Made by a program: the position numbers and the translations under genes. 64,000 bases of DNA from Naegleria gruberi. Its lineage: Eukaryota. Under the pieces are notes generated by a model. The model was not told the DNA's origin and did no database searches. It saw only the letters and a list, made by a program, of their open reading frames with translations. This document shows positions 42,760 through 54,000 of the stretch, piece after piece. Location: assembly GCA_000004985.1 (NCBI GenBank), contig GG738867.1. One strand, given 5' to 3'. Each line of letters starts with the position of its first letter. Positions within the stretch are counted from its first letter, which is position 1.

Positions 42760-44262
42760 TCAATTTTTAATATTCGTAATGTTATTTTTCATGAAAAATA
42801 TTGGAAGGAGTTTGGATTTTTTAGTAAAGTAAGAATTGAATATTTGGGAAGTGTACTTGATGGCATTTCCAATAAATGAAATGTTTCCAAATAGTTCCAA
42901 TAAAGAGATATGACTTTCCAAAAAATAACCCTGACTATAACAATAGTAAGCCTTAGCAAAATATCCAATCAATGTGGCAGAAGTTATATCACCAAGCACA
43001 AGTAAAATTGATTCAGTCCAAGATAGATTGTGCCTTGCAAAAAATTCTCTAGTAAAACGAAAGTTCAAAAAGCATTTAAAATGATCAAGTAGTAGTGCAA
43101 TAATAAACATTATAGAGAGTGGTGCAATTGTAATGAGGGGGCTCCTTGGAATTATTTTACATTCCTTCTGACGTTTGTTAACATTAATGTCAACTTCCAC
43201 ACCTAAAACACTCTCTCTACACTTGAATAGATGCTTACTTGAGTCACAGAATGTAGATATTGTTGAAGGTTCGTGTACTTGGATAAATATATCTGAAATG
43301 CAAACAATATCTCTTGTGTTTGCTCGTATAATCTTGTTAGGTTTGCACGAGCTTGGAAGAATGTATAGCTGTGAAGCAATTTCGGACATTGTGGGATCAT
43401 TGTCAAAGAAAAAATCAGTTGGTTTGCTTAAGTATTTGATAATGGCCTTACCACCTAATCCCTGAATGTTTGTAAGGGAAGATTCAAGGCATATCTCAGG
43501 TTTTTTAACCCATAAATTGGTGTAAACTATCTTGTCATCTTTCAATTTCAAAACTCCTCTCACCTTAAATGGGAGATCATAGTTTAAATGTGCCAACTTT
43601 AAAATACCAGGTATTTGACTTTCATAATGTCCATTTCTATAATTTTCATTATTACAAAAGTACCACTCAAAATTCAATTGTCCACCGACACTACTCAATG
43701 CATTTCTTATTCTTTCTTCTTCCGCTATTTCTCTAGTTTTCGAACAAAGACAGCAATATGAATTTCTCTCAATAAACTTGTACAAGAAATTCAATTCCTT
43801 CCAATCCAAATCCATCTCCTTATATATTTGAATCAAATTACTATGCATTATCTCATGTATTTTAGGATCTGTACTCCAAAAATTCCGTGGCATTTCTGGC
43901 CATAATCTTCTCAATGGATCAATCAATACCTTCAACATTAAATCATGATCAAACTCATCGGGATTCAAAAACTTCAACGTTGCAATCCAGTTATTAATAT
44001 TTCTCCTCGAGATATATGTTACAGCGCTCTTCAAAGTTGTAAACAATTTAAACATGTAATGTTCATCAAATAAATCTTGTTTTAGCCTTTTTTTCATAAA
44101 GGCTGTATAATCATTTGATGATCCACTATCATCATCAATATTTGACAATAACAATCGAGTCAATAGATGTAAAAATCGATCGGAAATTAAAAAGTTACTC
44201 GGCAGGAAATTGATAATTTCCATAATGACCTCGAATGGGAGTGATTGCAATGTTGTTGACAT
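42760..44262 (-). CDS. F-box protein with a C-terminal hydrophobic (transmembrane-like) region, about 500 aa.
   Basis: The N-terminus reads MSTTLQSLPFEVIMEIINFLPSNFLISDRFLHLLTRLL (F-box-like LPxEIxxxIxxxL). The C-terminus has IAPLSIMFIIALLLDHF and ILLVLGDITSATLIGYFAKAYY hydrophobic segments. The ATG at 44260-44262 corresponds to MSTTLQ; the track ORF start upstream is not an ATG. Confidence 0.5.
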   Translation of the reverse strand: MSTTLQSLPFEVIMEIINFLPSNFLISDRFLHLLTRLLLSNIDDDSGSSNDYTAFMKKRLKQDLFDEHYMFKLFTTLKSAVTYISRRNINNWIATLKFLNPDEFDHDLMLKVLIDPLRRLWPEMPRNFWSTDPKIHEIMHSNLIQIYKEMDLDWKELNFLYKFIERNSYCCLCSKTREIAEEERIRNALSSVGGQLNFEWYFCNNENYRNGHYESQIPGILKLAHLNYDLPFKVRGVLKLKDDKIVYTNLWVKKPEICLESSLTNIQGLGGKAIIKYLSKPTDFFFDNDPTMSEIASQLYILPSSCKPNKIIRANTRDIVCISDIFIQVHEPSTISTFCDSSKHLFKCRESVLGVEVDINVNKRQKECKIIPRSPLITIAPLSIMFIIALLLDHFKCFLNFRFTREFFARHNLSWTESILLVLGDITSATLIGYFAKAYYCYSQGYFLESHISLLELFGNISFIGNAIKYTSQIFNSYFTKKSKLLPIFFMKNNITNIKN

Positions 44263-44511
44263 TTTTTTTCTAAAGAACTTTACAATACACGAAAGAGTAA
44301 TCAATTGACACTTAGAACTTTAATAAATACATTATTGCATATGATGTGAGAACTTGGCTAATGTCATTTGGATTAAATACTTGGTTGACCAAATATTTAA
44401 CATTGGCGGCCCGAAAATGTCGCTCTATTTCCATTCTAAACGTTGAATTGGATAGCTCCCGCCATATAGAATATAACATTTCACATGTCAACTTTTGGCT
44501 CCATCAAAAAA

Positions 44512-46677
44512 ATGTCAAACAAACGAAATCTAATAGTGGTTATACTACTGACAGTAGTATTGCTATGTATTTCATCAGTGTACACCTTCACTGTGGATAA
44601 ATATTTTGATTTTAATGATGGAGTAATGTCAATTCAACAACAATCAAGTCAGGATTTGACAAGTTTATCAATTCGGAAGAAATTAATGGAAAGCACAGTA
44701 ATTGGTGTGAATGATTATTTTGCAATTTATTTGTGGAAAGACAAAATGATAAAAACTTACAATATGAGTCAATCACCTCAAAACCTAGACGAATTTGTTC
44801 AAATTATTCGAAACTCTAACGCCACCATGAGGTTAGCAGTAACTACTACTTTGAAACCATGGGTTGAATCATATGGCTACCTCTACGGATTTGATTCTAT
44901 TAGAAAACAAGTTAATTATGAAGATTTAACACCAGTTTCTGATTGTATAAAATCAGATAACATGATTGAAAATGATGGCTTTATTGGAACTGCATCGAGC
45001 ATTTCATCTGCAGTGAAAGCTCACAAAATGATTTATCCAGAGAGGAAATCTGAATTGGAATTGAGAAATTTTTATTCGCTTCGTTACATTCCTAAAAGTT
45101 TAGTTGTGGCATCGAGTGTTTCAATGGAGCAAAATGTTGAATTCCTATCGAATATTATTGACAATAATATTGGATATTTAAATGCTTCTTCTCAATGTGG
45201 AACACCTCAAGTTCTTTCTAGAGATGCTGCTTGGGCAAGATATGGATTCTCATTTGTTAATTTCACAGTTACTGATATTCGAAACGTTGAAAGAATGTAT
45301 AATATTTCAATTAATTTTGACAATAGATATGCAAATACAGTGATTGAGAAGTATAGAAACTATGTCTATTTCAATGAGAGTATGAGTTCAGTTCTGAAAC
45401 AAATGTCAGATTCATCATGTATGCAATGTCCATATGAATTGTGCTATGCTTTCGGTTCACAAGATTATGCTTCATATATTGGTGTTGGAATTGCCATATT
45501 CTATTTTATATTGCTGTTTTCACTGGGAATGTTCAGATCATATTCTCTCAAGAGAAGATTATTCGTTCCTTATTTACCTTTATTTGGAATATTGAGAAAT
45601 TTTTCAAATACTCAAATGTTGTCTGCATCCTGCCAATCTGTTTCTAGACCAATGGCTCTATTTGCTTCAATAGTGATTATTGCTGTATACTTTTTTACGA
45701 TTATGAGATATGTCTATATGAGGAACATGTATTCATTCCTTTCCAATTCGAATAAGAGTACCGCTTTCCACAAGAGAATTTTATCAATTCCATTCGCACT
45801 TTCAATGTCCCTTGCTTTCATTTTAGTACTTTCAATCATTGTAGTTTTACCTCCAACTGTTGCTTTTGAAATATTCAATGACAATAATATTATTAATGGT
45901 GTTGGAGCTGGAGTAATTTTCCTTTCTCTAATTTCAAGTGTGAGCTTTTTGATGGTTGACTTATTTTTGAATAGGAATAATATCAAAAGATATGGAATTT
46001 TAAAGTTCTTGTTCTTTGATGATCCAATTTATCTCAGAATTGACATTGCCTTCCAAGCCATGATTCTCATCTTTTTGATTCTCTACATTTCAGTCTCATT
46101 TGTTGAAACCATATTTCCAGCAATTATGGATGTTTGCATCTCAATATCAGTCATTCTCATTTGTGGAGGAAACGCAATGATTATTGAGATCTCTAAAAAG
46201 ATCATCTACAAGGACAGAACTGCTCAAACCCAACAATCAGATCTGGAAAATCTAATGGAGAAGAATAAGGAATTTTACACACTAATGAGTGAATATTCAA
46301 GGAAGGAATTTTCATATGAGAACGTTGCCTTCTACGATGCCATTTTGGATTACAAGAGCTCACGTAAATCCCTCTCATTAGATGACTTGAAAAGGATTGA
46401 AACAGAATTCATACATCCCTTCTCAAAGTATGAAGTGAATCTGCCATCACAAGTGAAGAAGGATCTCTCCTCTCTCATTCAAGACCTTTCTGTTCCTTCG
46501 AATCAATCAGATCATGAGACTAAGATCAAGACAAGAAAGCATCAACTCATAGAGACCATGTTTTTAGAGTTGTGTAAAAACCTTACAGATACCTTCCACC
46601 GATTGAAACAAACTCAACAATATTCACAATGGTTGGCTGTTTACCAACTTCAAAAGGAAAATTCTCTCAATGTCTAA
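44512..46677 (+). CDS. Seven-transmembrane receptor with a C-terminal RGS domain (7TM-RGS). A signal peptide and a large N-terminal ectodomain precede the 7TM bundle; about 721 aa.
   Basis: A signal peptide/anchor (MSNKRNLIVVILLTVVLLCISSVYT) and an ectodomain of about 300 aa are followed by seven hydrophobic helices (YIGVGIAIFYFILLFSLGMF ... AIMDVCISISVILICGGNAMII). The RGS-like signature reads EFSYENVAFYDAILDYK...IETEFIHPFSKYEVNLPSQVKK...LIETMFLELCKNLTDTFHRL (compare the RGS consensus EFSEENLxFWxACExFK...IYxEFI...APKEVNID). An upstream ATG at 44485 is also in frame. Confidence 0.65.
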   Translation: MSNKRNLIVVILLTVVLLCISSVYTFTVDKYFDFNDGVMSIQQQSSQDLTSLSIRKKLMESTVIGVNDYFAIYLWKDKMIKTYNMSQSPQNLDEFVQIIRNSNATMRLAVTTTLKPWVESYGYLYGFDSIRKQVNYEDLTPVSDCIKSDNMIENDGFIGTASSISSAVKAHKMIYPERKSELELRNFYSLRYIPKSLVVASSVSMEQNVEFLSNIIDNNIGYLNASSQCGTPQVLSRDAAWARYGFSFVNFTVTDIRNVERMYNISINFDNRYANTVIEKYRNYVYFNESMSSVLKQMSDSSCMQCPYELCYAFGSQDYASYIGVGIAIFYFILLFSLGMFRSYSLKRRLFVPYLPLFGILRNFSNTQMLSASCQSVSRPMALFASIVIIAVYFFTIMRYVYMRNMYSFLSNSNKSTAFHKRILSIPFALSMSLAFILVLSIIVVLPPTVAFEIFNDNNIINGVGAGVIFLSLISSVSFLMVDLFLNRNNIKRYGILKFLFFDDPIYLRIDIAFQAMILIFLILYISVSFVETIFPAIMDVCISISVILICGGNAMIIEISKKIIYKDRTAQTQQSDLENLMEKNKEFYTLMSEYSRKEFSYENVAFYDAILDYKSSRKSLSLDDLKRIETEFIHPFSKYEVNLPSQVKKDLSSLIQDLSVPSNQSDHETKIKTRKHQLIETMFLELCKNLTDTFHRLKQTQQYSQWLAVYQLQKENSLNV

Positions 46678-46724
46678 TAGAGGAACAACAAGTAATAATT
46701 TAATTTCAGTGAAATATGAACCAT

Positions 46725-47354
46725 TTAGCATCTGCTTGCATGGAAACCAATAGTTTCGTGCAAAACTCTCAATCTTTGACCCAAGGCCTTAATTTCCAAA
46801 GCCAACTGACCAGCCAAACAGTCATTCTTCTTGTTGAATTTAACGTTATTGAGACCAACACACAATCCGACAGTTGGAACAACATCATAACAGAGATCAG
46901 GAATGTGGAATTTAAAGCTAACCTTAGCAATGGTCTTTCCAAAAGCGTGGATACCCATCTCAACTTGTTCAGTATTAAGATTAAATTCAAGGTAAAATCC
47001 AGCAGAGATGGAAACTCTTTCAATCAAGAATTTTTGATGGAATCCAACATCGCATTCAAATCTCTTAAGACCATCATCTCTTGTGTATTTACATGAAGCA
47101 CCAACACCTTCGATAGCCTTAAGAACATTCTTCAACTCTTTTTCAACTTCATGTTCCACCTTCTTAATAACTTGGGTGACTGGCTTAACAATATTCTTAA
47201 TACCAAATCTCTTTTCCATAGCCTTTCTCTCAGTGTTTGACATTTCATATTTGGCTACAGCCTTTGATGAGAAGGCAAATGTGTTTTCACTGAGCAAGCA
47301 AACCACAATAGCCAAGAGTAAATAAACGCCGATTAAGCTGTGAGATGTTTTCAT
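46725..47354 (-). CDS. Secreted Cys-containing protein of 209 aa, function unknown.
   Basis: A single ORF with a clear signal peptide (MKTSHSLIGVYLLLAIVVCLLSENTFA), and six Cys in the mature region. The start context is aaaaATG. Confidence 0.45.
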   Translation of the reverse strand: MKTSHSLIGVYLLLAIVVCLLSENTFAFSSKAVAKYEMSNTERKAMEKRFGIKNIVKPVTQVIKKVEHEVEKELKNVLKAIEGVGASCKYTRDDGLKRFECDVGFHQKFLIERVSISAGFYLEFNLNTEQVEMGIHAFGKTIAKVSFKFHIPDLCYDVVPTVGLCVGLNNVKFNKKNDCLAGQLALEIKALGQRLRVLHETIGFHASRC

Positions 47355-47598
47355 TTTTCTTTGAGTAAAAAATTAGAGAGGAGTTATCGCTACTGTAATA
47401 GGATGGTACAATATAGAGAATAAGGAAATGCTGAGGCAAAAGAAAACGACGCGACCCTGTAATCTTCAAAATAATATGATCACAAGGTTCAACAAATATC
47501 AACCATAAAACAGTAGGCCTTATTTGACTGATATTGTTATTATTTTGCTGTAAGCATAATATAAGGTTTCAATAAGGGAACTCTTTTTTAAATGTGAA

Positions 47599-47679
47599 GC
47601 GGTCTTGACCGAGTGGTTAAGGTGATTGACTAGAAATCAATTGGGGAGACCCGCACAGGTTCGAGTCCTGTAGATCGCG
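47599..47679 (+). tRNA. tRNA-Ser (anticodon AGA), class II tRNA with a long variable arm.
   Basis: The acceptor stem is GCGGTCT/AGATCGC with one G-U pair. Other elements are the D-arm, anticodon stem ATTGA/TCAAT with loop CTAGAAA (anticodon AGA), a 13-nt variable arm (TGGGGAGACCCGC), T-arm ACAGG-TTCGAGT-CCTGT and discriminator G. A T6 run (AAAGCTTTTTT) lies 3 nt downstream, typical of a pol III terminator. Confidence 0.9.
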
Positions 47680-47817
47680 AAAGCTTTTTTGTTGTGGCCT
47701 TTTTCTTCAAGTTTGGTTTATAAGATAGGAAGTTTATTGTGTGATGATAATTACTTAGATAATGCATTCTTCTAGAAGTTACCAAGTCAAGTATCAAAAG
47801 CATTAATCAACTTTCAA

Positions 47818-50654
47818 CTACTCAGAGAATAGTGAATAATTATTCAAGTCAAGAGTTTTACAAGCAAGTGATAACTCTTGTTGCTGGTTAAGAAGAGCAA
47901 TTTCGTCATTGTCTTTCAAATCTTCAAGACTGTGAATTGCACACAAGTTCTCTTTTAACCTTATAAACTCCAAGCTTCTGTCATTAAGCTTAATTTTCAA
48001 CAATTCTATCAAATCAGAAATATTTCGAATATTGAGAGAAATCGACACAACAGCTCCTAAATCACATTCGTATAAGTAAGCAAATATTCTTCTTACACGA
48101 TTTTGAAGTTTCAAATGTGGTACAATATTAGAAAGCTCAATGACACACGAACCTTCTGTTTTCATGGCCCAAAAAACTCTCGAATTGTTTTCTTCAACAA
48201 TCAGAGAGTAGTCAATTAGAGGAAGAACATACGAGTTCACAATTGCATAACAAAAACCACCTCCAGTAACTCCAAAACCAATTCTGTCAGTTATATCAAC
48301 AGGAGGAAGGTACTGTTTTGACATTTTTGTGCCATCGGATTTGCACTCAATAGTCATTAACCCAGTTCTCAAACAAAAGGAAATAGTTTTGTTTCTAATA
48401 TCATCTTTGTCAACGTTTTCGGATGTGCAACCCATGAACAAGAATTCCAAATTTCCTTTTCTTTCCAGTATTCCTAGCTCGATATACCCAATCGTGAACT
48501 TATTCAAGGAAGCATTCAATGGAATGCCATTAGTTGAAATGGACACTTTAGAACTGGATCCAGATTGGATAAATTTCTCATTGCTTGTGCTTTCATTCCC
48601 TTTCAGGGTCTGGTCTGTTAACTGTTGTGATACATTTTCTAAATAGTGGTGAATACTTATTCCATGTTTTCTCATCTCTAAGCAGGTGAAATTGCCATTT
48701 TCAATATCTATATCATGAGATACGTGATTTTCATTACGAAAACACTGGAAACAAATCTTCTTATTGCAAGTTTTACATACATAATGCCAAAAATTACAAG
48801 AGCAAGAGCCTAAACATGTCCCATAGTATGAAGAACTAATCAGAAGAGGATATTCTTGATTGAAATCTTCTAATAATTCCTTAATTCTTATAGCTAGCTC
48901 AATCTTCTTTTTAGCATTATCGTCGTTAGAGGTACGATATCTGTATATTGTTTCTTCTGCTCTGTAATTGAAACATGTTTGGAAAGTTTTTTCTAATTGA
49001 TGAGGTTGTGCCAACTCAATTGCTGATTTAGTGAATTCTATTTCAATACTTGAAATAAATGATGAAAGAACTTGGAAAGGAAGGTAAGGTATACACAAGG
49101 CAGCAATTTCCAACCACTTATTACAAGAAGGGTGCTCCCTCCACAATAGTACACATTGTGTAAGGAAATTTCTTTGCGCAAACAATTTACGTGCCTTAAA
49201 GCTTTTACATAAAAGATTCCATAAGAATTCGCCAATGAAACTCTTGTTGTTAGCCTTGGAAATCTTTGATTCCTCACAGAAAATTCGAAGATCTGAATCT
49301 AAGATAGAGGAAATAACAAGTTGGACTGAATTGTGACTATGTAAGGCTTTTGTAAGAATTTGAAGGATTAAGGAGAATTTTTCAGTTTCTTCACTTGTCA
49401 ATCTTTCAATATTCTTATTGAAAGAAGAAAATTGAGAGGCCACCATTTGAATTCCATCATTTTCACTGACAAAGGAGTTTAAATAATCCTTTTCATTAAT
49501 CCAACTATTGATAATATTTAAACTTCTAACTGAAATTTTCATTGATTTCATGCAAGCGGCTGACAACAAAGCAATAAATGAGTCGTTACATTTCGATATA
49601 TCATTATCATTCTTGTTTTCTATCATATTATCCCAGGTTGTAACAATTGGGTGTTGTAACAATTCTCTTGCTTCCAACCTGGAATCAGCATCGCAAACCA
49701 TCAACTTCATTACCTGCAAACTAGCTTTATCTGTCAAAAGTCTTGCAAGAATTTGTTGATAAGTCTTTACAAACCATTGATTACTTTGGACATTTATCAA
49801 CGAATTAATATCTAATTTTCCGTTTACCATTATTGCTAATTTTGCAAGGTTAGTTCTGTAATCTTTTTCTGGTAAACTTGCTAATACTTGGACAAAGATA
49901 ATTCCCAAAGAATAGACGTCCACTTTGGGAGTGTAGCTTTTTGTAAAAACTTCAGGAGCTTGATAGAAAACATCTCCAGCAATAGTTTTTGCCTTTGATT
50001 GATGAGCCTGTAATTGAGTGCCAACTCCAAAATCACCAATTTTAACTTCAACCTTATCCAATCCTTCCAACAGAGAATTTGTTAAAAGACTAGCATCATA
50101 TTTAACCATAATATTGTTTGGTTTTAAATCTTGAGTAAAATAGTTTTTTAAAAAGTTGATAAAGAAAACATACCTCTATGAATGATTTTCAACTCGTTCA
50201 ATTCTTTCAAGACATGTAACATTTTAATGAACCATTGGAAAGCAACTTTGGCAGAAACTTTGATATTTTCCTTTTTTAGTCGTTCTAAAATTTGATTCAA
50301 GTTTCCTTGACAAACTTCCATTCTAATACACAAAAACACCTTACTTATATCCTCTACTTTGGTAATTGGAGAAGTTTTCAAGAGTTTATAGTCATAAATC
50401 TTTACTATATTTGGATGTTCACATTCTTGAGCCAATTTAACTTCTTTTATAATTGAACTTGAATTTGTTTCAGACTCTTCAATAACTTTGAGTGCAAATT
50501 CTTCATTCGAATTAACGTCACGAATCAAATAAACAGATCCAAAATTACCACTTCCTAACGTATCAATCAGATAATACTTTTTATCTGCATAATTAATAAC
50601 CTTATAGGTTGATTTGGTGGTACTGGTCGACTCTTTTGATTTCGATAAACCCAT
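47818..50654 (-). CDS. N-myristoylatable Ser/Thr protein kinase with a large C-terminal region containing a Cys/His zinc-finger-like cluster (divergent UBR-box-like), about 923 aa. Exons 50174..50654 and 47818..50129; 44-nt phase-1 intron (GTATGT..CTCAAG).
   Basis: The protein starts MGLSKSKE... (Gly2, Ser6 myristoylation context). Kinase motifs are LGSGNFGSVYLIRD, FALKVIE, IIHR / DLKPNNIMV (split by the intron at the same codon position as its paralog), KIGDFG and APEVF. The C-terminal cluster is ...CLGSCSCNFWHYVCKTCNKKICFQCFRNENHVSHD.... Confidence 0.7.
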
Positions 50655-50679
50655 TTTTTTAATCTTAGTTGTTTAAAAA

Positions 50680-50945
50680 TTTTTTCACGTTTTCACGTTT
50701 TGATTTTTAACAAGTTGAAAAATGGAAGATCTTTTAAATAATTTTTTGATATATTAAGGCCACAAAACTGAGCGTTGATACAATAAATTTCATTCGACAT
50801 CATGAACAAGATTGAAGTGTCCTTTTTTTAAAACGTGATTGACTTTTGACATGTTCTAAGTCATTGTTATTTTCATTAGTGATGACAGTAACCTTAAACA
50901 AAAAATACATATAGAAACGTCCCAAAGAAGACTTCACGTTTTCGT
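50680..50945. promoter_or_regulatory. Shared divergent promoter region between the two paralogous kinase genes. It contains four copies of the octamer CACGTTTT (two tandem, one inverted, one direct).
   Basis: CACGTTTT occurs at 50686..50693, 50694..50701 and 50935..50942, with the inverted copy AAAACGTG at 50830..50837. The whole intergenic region is about 346 bp, between the start codons at 50654 (-) and 51001 (+). Confidence 0.3.
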
Positions 50946-51000
50946 TTTAGAATGGTTAAATAGAATTAAATTGTCACAACAATTTTATCAATGATAAAAA

Positions 51001-54000
51001 ATGGGTATTCTCAATAGCAAGGAAAGTCTTCCCAAGACTACTACCACCATCAGTAACACAATTGCAGAGATTGAAAAGAAGAAAGCTGTACCATCAAAAA
51101 AAGAAGAAACAGTTTCGTTTAGATGTTTCAATACAAATTGGTCTCTCATACGATCATTGGGAGAAGGATATTTTGGAAAAGTATATGAAGCAAAAGATTT
51201 GACTACTGGTTCTCAATTTGCTATCAAAATTGTGAGATTTGAAATTGCAAATGAGGAGTTAGCTCGAAGAGAAGTTGAATTTTCCAAGAATATTGATAGT
51301 TCAAACGTTGTCAAAATCTTTGATAGTGAAGTGATGGACAAGGATCCAACCACTGGTCTTCCATCGAATGGTTGCAAGTTTTTGGTTATAAAGATGGAGC
51401 TTTGTCAAGGAAACTTGAATGACATTCTAATTCAATTAATAAGTAGCAATCAAACTCTTAGAATTGATGTTGTTTTTGTTTGGTTTTTCAAAATGCTTGA
51501 TGTTTTGTGCGACTTTGAACAAAATAATTTAATTCACAGGTAAGTTTGAGCAGGTAATTGAAAGAAACTTGAATTGTTTCATACAGAGATTTGAAACCAT
51601 CTAATATAATGATAAAGTATGAAGGTTCTTCCCCAACAGAGTTTGAGAAAATTCAACTCAAGATTGGAGACTTTGGATTGGCAAAGAAAATGAATGGGAA
51701 CTATTCTAATGTTGGTACTTCAATATTTAAGGCTTTGGAAATTATTGAACAAGAGGAGTATGACACAAGAGCTGATGTTTATTCTCTTGGAATGATACTG
51801 TTGCAAGTTAGTTTATTGATTTCTGAGGGTACACTTGCTGAAAAAATGTTAATTATTGTATCTAAATATGAAACAGGTCCCTATGAAACTTCTTTATGGC
51901 GTATTTTACAAGATAACAAAAGATTGAATGAATTCTTTGGAGATGTTTTTTATGATTTAACTGATCCAGGTACAAAAGAACTACTCAAACAAATGATTTG
52001 TGTTGTTGAAAAAAGATTGAAAGCTTCAGAGTTACAAAATCATCCAATTGTAAAGACTTGGAAGAAAGTATTAGCTTATGGACCAAACCATAGAGAAATT
52101 GATTTGTTTGAGTTCAATAACGCACCAAACGGTAATTTGGTAATCCTTGGGCTCGTTCCATTGATCAAGATTGTTTCCAAGCCGTCTGTAGTTTTAAGGG
52201 CCTTGTATGTTCTAGAAAGAATATTTTCTGATAGTACTAAACTGAAAGAGAGATCAGAGTATTTTATTATTAATGGTGGTATAGAGGTGGTTATTGGATA
52301 TGTCAATTCACTTATTAAAGCACTAGTACCAAACGATAAGTCATCCAATTCGAAACCAAAAAAGGAGTTGATTGAAGAGATAAAATCACACACTATTAGT
52401 AGTTTGATCACCACTAATGCATCTATTAATGACAAGGTTAAGACAGGATGGAATTTGTCAGTCAAATTAATTGCTTCAATATTGGAAAATAGTGACAATT
52501 TACCTTCTGAAAGACTTCGATTATTGAGTGCATCACTTAGAAGAAGTGGATTGTTTGATCTAATATCATCTTTGAAAAAGATTGATGATAAGGAAAAGCT
52601 GGCAGTTGAAGCAGTTGTTCCTGTTGTAAAGATTATCTCATTCATGTGTAAACACAATATAAGCGTAAGAAGCAATTATGCAAAGAAAAGTTTCATCGTT
52701 GCACTTTTGTCATTATTGGTATCAGATGGAATGGACGAGTTGAAAGGTGACATTATCGAAACAATTGCTCTTGTTGTTCCTTACATTGATGGAAGTGATG
52801 AAAAACTTGAGTTACTTGGTTTTTTTAAAAACTACTTTTTGTCACTTTCAATGCAAATGGCTGAACCTAGCTGTTTGATAGCTAATGAACAAGTATTTGA
52901 ACAATACATTGACAAACAAGATGATCCCGTTGAAGGGTTATTATTGAGAAGCAAACTTGCAATGATGGTTTCAGATTACAAACAAATTTTAAGTAGATCG
53001 TACTATGGATTATGCTCTAATGTTGATAGATCAGATGACCATATCAAGATGTGGTGGTTTAGATGTAAAACATGTTTTGCAAATGATCCATCTCTTGGTT
53101 GCTGTTTAACATGTGGCTATAAATGTCACCTTGGTCATAATTTGTCTCTTCAATATTCATCATTTTATTGTGACTGCCATGTAGGTGAAGAAACAATACA
53201 AGGACACACATGCCAATGCAAACCTAGTCAGGGATCCTTATTACCTCACTTGTCCTCCTTCAAATTGACTAGTCCAATTTCCGGTTTTGTTTCTGAAGGA
53301 TTACTTCTTTGTTTAAAGGAACAGGATCAAGACAACCATTCTGATTTTACAATCATTAATTTTGGGGAAGAATCAACAGCAATCTCCAACCAACCAATAG
53401 TTTCTCTCAATAAGGTAAACGAAGCAGAAAGAGAAGAAACCATTGGCTATTTTTCAATTAAAGTCCTTTCCACTGAGTTCGACGACTTGAAGATTGGTAT
53501 TAGCACTTCAGATTCCAAGTCCATAGAAAAAATTACTGAGATAGACACAAATAACAGTATTACATATGATTTATCAAATGGTAATTTAATCATTGGAAAA
53601 AACTCTTTCGTTTATGGACCAGAGGGATACTCAACGTGTACTGTTGGCTTTGGTATAACAAACATGGGTAGAATTTATGTCATGTTTGATAGTATGGCAC
53701 TGCCACTAATCACTCATCAAACGCTGAATGATGGAAATGTTTTTGCTGTTATCAGAGTGGCTGGAACAAGTATTCTGAAATTCTCTTGTGATACTCCGAT
53801 CATAGACGCCCCACAAACTATTTCTTTTACATTAAAACCAGTGGTAAAAAAGGAGGTTGACCTTGATACCAAAGCTAATGACGAGATTGTGAATACTGAA
53901 TCAAATGTTAGAGTTGAATACTCTGTTTCTCAGAATACCTCTGCTAAAGAACAGTTGAACAGCAACTCTTCATCAACAGGTCCGATTATTGAGAAGAAAA

